Of a stretch of 38,662 bases of DNA, positions 34,234 to 38,662 are shown one piece after another. Both the position numbers and the translations under genes were made by a program. This DNA comes from Muribaculaceae bacterium (GTDB lineage Bacteria > Bacteroidota > Bacteroidia > Bacteroidales > Muribaculaceae). The notes under the pieces were generated by a model. It was not told where the DNA came from. It saw only the letters and a program-made list of their open reading frames with translations, and ran no database searches. The stretch covers positions 1 to 38,662 of the forward strand of contig DBFWRP010000108.1 in the NCBI GenBank assembly GCA_048222005.1. The letters run 5' to 3'. Within the stretch, counting starts at the first letter, position 1. Each line of letters opens with the position of its first letter.

Positions 34234-34734
34234 ATGCACCTCCTGCCCCGCATATTTCTGCCTGTTGTCACCGCATTGCTGGCCGTGGCCATCCCTTTAG
34301 GCGCCACAGGCGGAGAAAAGCGGCAGAATTCCACACGTCATGGACTGAAAGCCATTCCCCGCCAGACAGCACAGGTATCAGCCGCATCACTTGACACCAT
34401 CACAGGCGACGGGATTGCGGTGGATTTCTACGGGTACGAGAAAACGCTGCGGTCGACACGCGAAACCGTGTTCGTCACCAACCGCAGCTCACGCCCAACG
34501 GCCGCCCTGCGGTTCACAATCAACTATTACGACGCACAGGGGCGACTGCTGCATTCCAGAAAAGTGAGAGCCGCAGCCGAGATTCCTCCGGGCGAGACCC
34601 GACGGCTTGACTTCCCGTCGTGGGACAAGCAGTGCACGTTCTATTACTCAGGCTCACCGAGACCGCGCACATCGGCCATTCCTTACTCCATCAAGATAAC
34701 CGGCGATACCATTCTCGTAGCACCCACGGAATAA
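34234..34734 (+). CDS. Exported protein with FxLYD-like Ig domain
   Basis: Signal peptide from ATG 34234; VTN...INYYDAQGRLL...IPPGETRRLDF. Confidence 0.7.
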   Translation: MHLLPRIFLPVVTALLAVAIPLGATGGEKRQNSTRHGLKAIPRQTAQVSAASLDTITGDGIAVDFYGYEKTLRSTRETVFVTNRSSRPTAALRFTINYYDAQGRLLHSRKVRAAAEIPPGETRRLDFPSWDKQCTFYYSGSPRPRTSAIPYSIKITGDTILVAPTE

Positions 34735-34747
34735 CGTTTTTTACGCA

Positions 34748-35377
34748 ATGCATCCTATCGACCAGATACGTCAATTCACCACGCTGACTCCTGAGCTGGA
34801 AAAGAAACTGCGATTGATAATGCGCGACAAGACCTTTGCCAAGGGGGAGACCATCCATAGTTCGCAGATGCTCAGAACCGGCTCTTTCTACATCACCAAA
34901 GGAGCCGCGCGGGTGTTCTACACCCAAGGCGGACGGGAGCACACGGTGTCGTTCGCGTTCAGCGACCAATTCGTGCTCATTCCACACGGCGGATACTCCG
35001 CCAATTCCGACACCATGGCACTGCAATTCCTGATGCCGTCAACCGCCATCTTCCTGCCGCGCATGTCGATAAAGACAGAGCTTGAGGAATCGGGCGCGCT
35101 CATCGACCTTGAGGCACTGCTGTTTTTCAACACTGCATTGCTACAATACACCAGCTTTCTGGAGGAACGTGTCGATGTGCTGCAGACGCTGAGCGCACCC
35201 GAACGCTACGAATGGGCCATCCGCCGCTTCCCACGCCTGCCCGATTGCGCTACAGCCACACAGATCGCATCGTTCCTCGGCATCACGAAAGAGACCCTCT
35301 ACCGCATCAAAAGCGGCATATACAAAGACCGGCACCCCACCGGCCAGCACAATCAGACAAACACAGAAAGCAAATAG
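34748..35377 (+). CDS. Crp/Fnr family transcriptional regulator
   Basis: cNMP-like domain (FAKGETI, YITKGAARVFY); SAPERY...QIASFLGITKETLYRI helix-turn-helix. Confidence 0.9.
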   Translation: MHPIDQIRQFTTLTPELEKKLRLIMRDKTFAKGETIHSSQMLRTGSFYITKGAARVFYTQGGREHTVSFAFSDQFVLIPHGGYSANSDTMALQFLMPSTAIFLPRMSIKTELEESGALIDLEALLFFNTALLQYTSFLEERVDVLQTLSAPERYEWAIRRFPRLPDCATATQIASFLGITKETLYRIKSGIYKDRHPTGQHNQTNTESK

Positions 35378-35380
35378 ACA

Positions 35381-36151
35381 ATGACATACCAGACATCCTC
35401 TGCAAACACCATGCATAAAGCGAAAATCGGGCATGCCATCGAGGCATACCGCAAGCGCACCGGTTTCGACGGGTTCGTGCCGCGTGCGGCGCTCATCGAT
35501 ATGGACGGCACCCTGCTCGATTCGATGAAAGGGCACGCCGCATCGTGGCACAGGCTCATTTCCGGGCTCGGCATTGCATGCACGCCCGAAGAATTTTACC
35601 TCTATGAGGGGATGACGGGCACCGAAACCATCAACATGCTTTTCAAACGCGCGTTCGGCCGCGAGGCCACGATGCAGGAGCGTACCGAACTTTATGCCCG
35701 CAAGACAGGTTATTTCAATGAACTGCCGAAGGTGCCCATCGTAGCGGGAGCCGACAGGATGGTCAGCACGCTGATCAGCCACGGCATAGAGCGTGTGCTT
35801 GTCACCGGCTCCGGACAGCTGTCGAGCCTCGAGAGGCTGAAAACCGACTTTCCCGGAGGTTTCGCCGACAACATGCGCATCACCTCGCACAATGTGACCC
35901 ATTGCAAGCCTCATCCCGAGCCTTACCTCAAGGCAATGGAGCTTGCCGGGGTAGAGCCGTGGCAGTCGATAGGGGTGGAAAACGCCCCGCTGGGAGTGGA
36001 ATCGGCCTCACGGGCCGGCGCGTTTACCGTGGCGGTCACCACCGGCCCCATTCCGGCCGAACGGATGTGGGAGGCCGGGGCCGACATGGTGTGCCCATCG
36101 ATGGAGGATTTCGCCGACCTGCTTCCGGAACTTCTGGCACACAACTCTTAA
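35381..36151 (+). CDS. HAD family phosphatase (beta-phosphoglucomutase-like)
   Basis: DMDGTLLDS, LVTGS, KPHPEPY and VENAPLG; start could be 35411. Confidence 0.92.
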   Translation: MTYQTSSANTMHKAKIGHAIEAYRKRTGFDGFVPRAALIDMDGTLLDSMKGHAASWHRLISGLGIACTPEEFYLYEGMTGTETINMLFKRAFGREATMQERTELYARKTGYFNELPKVPIVAGADRMVSTLISHGIERVLVTGSGQLSSLERLKTDFPGGFADNMRITSHNVTHCKPHPEPYLKAMELAGVEPWQSIGVENAPLGVESASRAGAFTVAVTTGPIPAERMWEAGADMVCPSMEDFADLLPELLAHNS

Positions 36152-36165
36152 AGACTCAGACTGCA

Positions 36166-37257
36166 ATGAACCTACAACCAACCACCGACGCCTCGGAAGG
36201 CCTGTTGTTCACCAATCACGTGGGCGAGGCTATTGACCGGTTCGTAGCCCACGCGGCACCGGCGTCGGTGTTCGTGCTTACCGATACGAATACCGCCACT
36301 TTCGTGCTTCCGACGCTGAAAAATATGTCGGATACCGTAGCCAACGCATCGCTGATAACGGTGGATGCCGGAGAGGCATTCAAAAGCCTTGACACCGTGA
36401 GCCGGATATGGAAAGAGCTCGGCGACGGAGGAGCCACGCGGCAGTCACTGCTGATCAACTTGGGCGGCGGCGTGATCACCGACATGGGGGGCTTTGCGGC
36501 AGCCACATTCAAACGCGGCATACGCTTCGTCAACGTGCCCACCACTCTGCTCGGGGCCGTGGACGCCTCGGTAGGGGGGAAGAACGGCATCAACTTCAAC
36601 TCCCTTAAAAACGAAATAGGCACCATCAGGCCGGCCGACCTGGTAATTGTGTCGACCGCCTTTTTCCGCACGCTCACACCGCAGGAACTTCTGTCGGGTT
36701 ATGCCGAAATGCTCAAGCACGGATTCATAACTTCGGCCGAAATGTCGCACCGCCTCATGCGCTACGACATAACGGCATACGAACCAGAGGCACTGCTCCA
36801 GCTGCTGCGCGAGAATGTGGCGGTGAAAAGCCGGATTGTGGCGCAGGACCTCAACGACAACGGGGTGCGCAGAGCCCTGAACTTCGGACATACCGAGGCA
36901 CATGCCTTCGAAGCGCTTGCAATGCAGCGGCGGTCACCCCTGAACCATGGCTACGCCGTGGCTTTCGGCATGCTTGTGGCCATGGTGCTGTCGAGGATGA
37001 AACTTGACTTCCCTTCCGAAGCGCTTCACAGCTATGCAGCCTATGTGCAGGAACACTACGGGACGTTCGCATTCTCGTGCGCAGACTACGACGCACTGCT
37101 CGCATTCATGCATCACGACAAGAAAAACGCCACCACCGCAATCATAAACAGCACACTTCTTAACGAGTTCGGCCAACCGGTGATCAACTCATCCATAAGC
37201 GACGAGGATATGAAAGCGGCGTTCGACATTTACCGCGACCTTCTGCATCTCCCCTGA
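36166..37257 (+). CDS. aroB: 3-dehydroquinate synthase
   Basis: GEAFKS, GGGVITDMGGF, PTTLLGAVDASVGGKNG, KNEIG, LNFGHT and HDKK; start ATG 36166. Confidence 0.95.
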   Translation: MNLQPTTDASEGLLFTNHVGEAIDRFVAHAAPASVFVLTDTNTATFVLPTLKNMSDTVANASLITVDAGEAFKSLDTVSRIWKELGDGGATRQSLLINLGGGVITDMGGFAAATFKRGIRFVNVPTTLLGAVDASVGGKNGINFNSLKNEIGTIRPADLVIVSTAFFRTLTPQELLSGYAEMLKHGFITSAEMSHRLMRYDITAYEPEALLQLLRENVAVKSRIVAQDLNDNGVRRALNFGHTEAHAFEALAMQRRSPLNHGYAVAFGMLVAMVLSRMKLDFPSEALHSYAAYVQEHYGTFAFSCADYDALLAFMHHDKKNATTAIINSTLLNEFGQPVINSSISDEDMKAAFDIYRDLLHLP

Positions 37258-37368
37258 TGTGCAGGGGGGCGTAGCCGCGCAATGCCGTACCACGGGTCCT
37301 AAAAAACCAGAATAGCTTGCCGGCCTTACACTCCACAAAATGGAATGTTGCGCCATACAAAAGAAAAA

Positions 37369-37400
37369 TTTGGTGGGAAAAGGAAAAATGCGTACCTTTG
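37369..37400 (+). promoter_or_regulatory. sigma-A promoter TTTG-N20-TACCTTTG for tRNA-Pro
   Basis: Full -33/-7 Bacteroidetes consensus. Confidence 0.8.
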
Positions 37401-37462
37401 CCGATGCTAAAAACGGAATGGCGATTAATCCGTGCTAATTCGCTTAGCGAACACAGCCAGCT

Positions 37463-37535
37463 CGGGGTGTAGCACAGTTGGCAGCGCGCCACGTTCGGGA
37501 CGTGGAGGTCGGAAGTTCGAGTCTTCTCACCCCGA
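37463..37535 (+). tRNA. tRNA-Pro (anticodon CGG)
   Basis: Acceptor CGGGGTG/CACCCCG, anticodon arm CCACG-TTCGGGA-CGTGG, T arm GGAAG-TTCGAGT-CTTCT; CCA not encoded. Confidence 0.96.
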
Positions 37536-37551
37536 CCCGTCAAAAGGGTCA

Positions 37552-37581
37552 GCCGCCTGTAACCACAAGGTTGCAGGCGGC
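37552..37581 (+). terminator. Hairpin terminator after tRNA-Pro
   Basis: GCCGCCTGTAACC-acaa-GGTTGCAGGCGGC followed by ATTGTTTATT. Confidence 0.75.
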
Positions 37582-37784
37582 ATTGTTTATTCATTCCCTA
37601 AAACATTACATAGAACTAATTAGGACCTGGACTAATCGCACAAAAGCAGGAGTCAAACCGGAATTCCAGAGCATTTGCTGGCATCGTCACAAGTGCTTTC
37701 ATGGAGAAATGTGGATTTCCATGCACTAATATTTCGGTTTAGTGCAAAAGCAGGCTATCCTCAACGGTGGCTTAATCGAAAAAC

Positions 37785-38105
37785 TCATCGAATGTTGCAG
37801 AACTCCACGAGCAAGATGTCGCCCACATTGCATGCCCTCATCACATTCTGACGCTCTACCATAGCTTCCCATTTGGCCTTTGCATGCCTGATATGGTCCG
37901 CTGTAAGCTTGGCCTCTCAGCCCGCGCCCCTTAATGTGCGCCAGATTGTGGTCGGCCTGATTTCGTCGGGAGAAAGGCCGTAGCGGGCGGACAAAGATTC
38001 GTCGGAAGTGTTCCTGAACGTAGTGACAGGCAGATTGATTCCCTCCAGCTTGGCAGCCAGGTCACGGTCTACGCCGTATTGAATGTATGTGTCCTGAAAT
38101 CTCAT
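37785..38105 (-). pseudogene. Internally deleted and frameshifted remnant, probably of an HNH-type endonuclease
   Basis: MRFQDTYIQYGVDRDLAAKLE...DEIR, then DHNLAHIKGRGL in a second frame (37918-37953), then after TGA 37917 the first frame resumes as KLTADHIRHAKAKWEAMVERQN...VEFCNIR. Confidence 0.5.
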
Positions 38106-38145
38106 ATTGTTACTACGCCACCTGCGCCAAAATGTTGATTTACTG

Positions 38146-38177
38146 CAAACTTACAGCAAAATCCGCTAAACTCCAAA
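38146..38177 (-). promoter_or_regulatory. sigma-A promoter TTTG-N20-TAAGTTTG for the pseudogene
   Basis: CAAACTTA at 38146-38153 and CAAA at 38174-38177 on + strand. Confidence 0.65.
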
Positions 38178-38319
38178 CCTTCACCACACATCACCCCATA
38201 CAACACAAACGAATTCCCCATACAACCCAAACCGGCAACCTCTTACTATAAGAACCGACTGCCTCTTAGAATAAAAACCAATTTCCCTTACAATAAAAAA
38301 ACTAAAAATTGCCGATTGA

Positions 38320-38351
38320 CTTGCACAATATAAAAAAACTCCATACCTTTG
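38320..38351 (+). promoter_or_regulatory. sigma-A promoter CTTG-N20-TACCTTTG for tRNA-Leu
   Basis: -7 element ends 17 nt upstream of the tRNA. Confidence 0.75.
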
Positions 38352-38368
38352 TGTCACCAAAACGCGAT

Positions 38369-38449
38369 GCCCAGGTGGCGGAATGGTAGACGCGCGCGTT
38401 TCAGGTGCGCGTGCTGAGAGGCGTGCAGGTTCGAGTCCTGTTCTGGGCA
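38369..38449 (+). tRNA. tRNA-Leu (anticodon CAG)
   Basis: Acceptor GCCCAGG/TCTGGGC, anticodon arm CGCGT-TTCAGGT-GCGCG, long variable arm, GGTTCGAGTCC; CCA not encoded. Confidence 0.96.
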
Positions 38450-38452
38450 CCC

Positions 38453-38488
38453 CAACCCACTGATATTAAAGTGAATATCAGTGGGTTG
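38453..38488 (+). terminator. Perfect 15-bp inverted repeat after tRNA-Leu
   Basis: CAACCCACTGATATT-aaagtg-AATATCAGTGGGTTG followed by TTTAATTTT. Confidence 0.75.
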
Positions 38489-38521
38489 TTTAATTTTAAG
38501 GTGTACTAAAAGTGTACTTTA

Positions 38522-38662
38522 GGCTCAAGCCGAAAACACGGTGCATTTGTTAAAACAGAGGGAATCGAGAGTTAAAATTTCAGGCGTATAGCTTGACGAG
38601 TCGGAAGATGAAGAAATCTCGGTCGCGTACTCCGCGCATCTGCGAACGAAAGATTTTCACTT
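38522..38662 (-). mobile_element. Right end of an ISL3-family insertion sequence (truncated by window edge)
   Basis: Terminus GGCTCAAGCCG at 38522 (ISL3-type GGCTC end), 58 bp beyond the transposase stop. Confidence 0.75.
38580..38662 (-). CDS. C-terminus of an ISL3-family transposase (partial; not in the ORF track)
   Basis: Minus strand reads VKIFRSQMRGVRDRDFFIFRLVKLYA*, matching the K..FR...RGV.D..FF.FRL...YA tail of Bacteroidetes ISL3-type transposases. Confidence 0.85.
   Translation of the reverse strand, partial: VKIFRSQMRGVRDRDFFIFRLVKLYA

Noticed and set aside
37258..37300. TGCAGGGGGGCG... after aroB, and GCCCCAAC near 1903, as further REP copies
   Set aside because: Only partial head similarity and no convincing stem.
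37463..38449. Both tRNAs lack encoded CCA, and tRNA-Pro has an A-C mismatch in the D stem
   Set aside because: CCA is commonly added post-transcriptionally; the other arms, promoters and terminators are intact, so they are not called pseudo-tRNAs.
38181..38450. ORFs overlapping the tRNA genes (also 37184-37594, 37432-37623, 37478-37729)
   Set aside because: Spurious translations of tRNA and promoter sequence.

Overview
Mostly core chromosome of a GC-rich Bacteroidales bacterium; the gene set, TAnnTTTG promoters and codon style suggest Muribaculaceae (inference). It carries about 33 intact CDS, including gdhA, xerD, SulP, rbfA, NAD kinase, pdxJ-exbB-exbD-tonB/tolA, queG, a DUF2723 glycosyltransferase, ribE, yebC, pheT and aroB. 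It ends in a tRNA-Pro(CGG)/tRNA-Leu(CAG) region with a decayed HNH-like pseudogene, integrase-site-like repeats and the 3' end of an ISL3-family IS cut by the window edge. No CRISPR array, prophage or intact defence system is visible. The clearest unannotated structure is a family of TG(T/C)AGGGA-headed REP-like palindromes at four intergenic sites, including an inverted doublet (REPIN-like) and a copy with compensatory stem changes. The most interesting functional hypothesis is that the TMEM260-like DUF2723 protein and the YfhO GT-C protein belong to Bacteroidetes protein/envelope glycosylation. All family calls come from motif recognition, not database searches.
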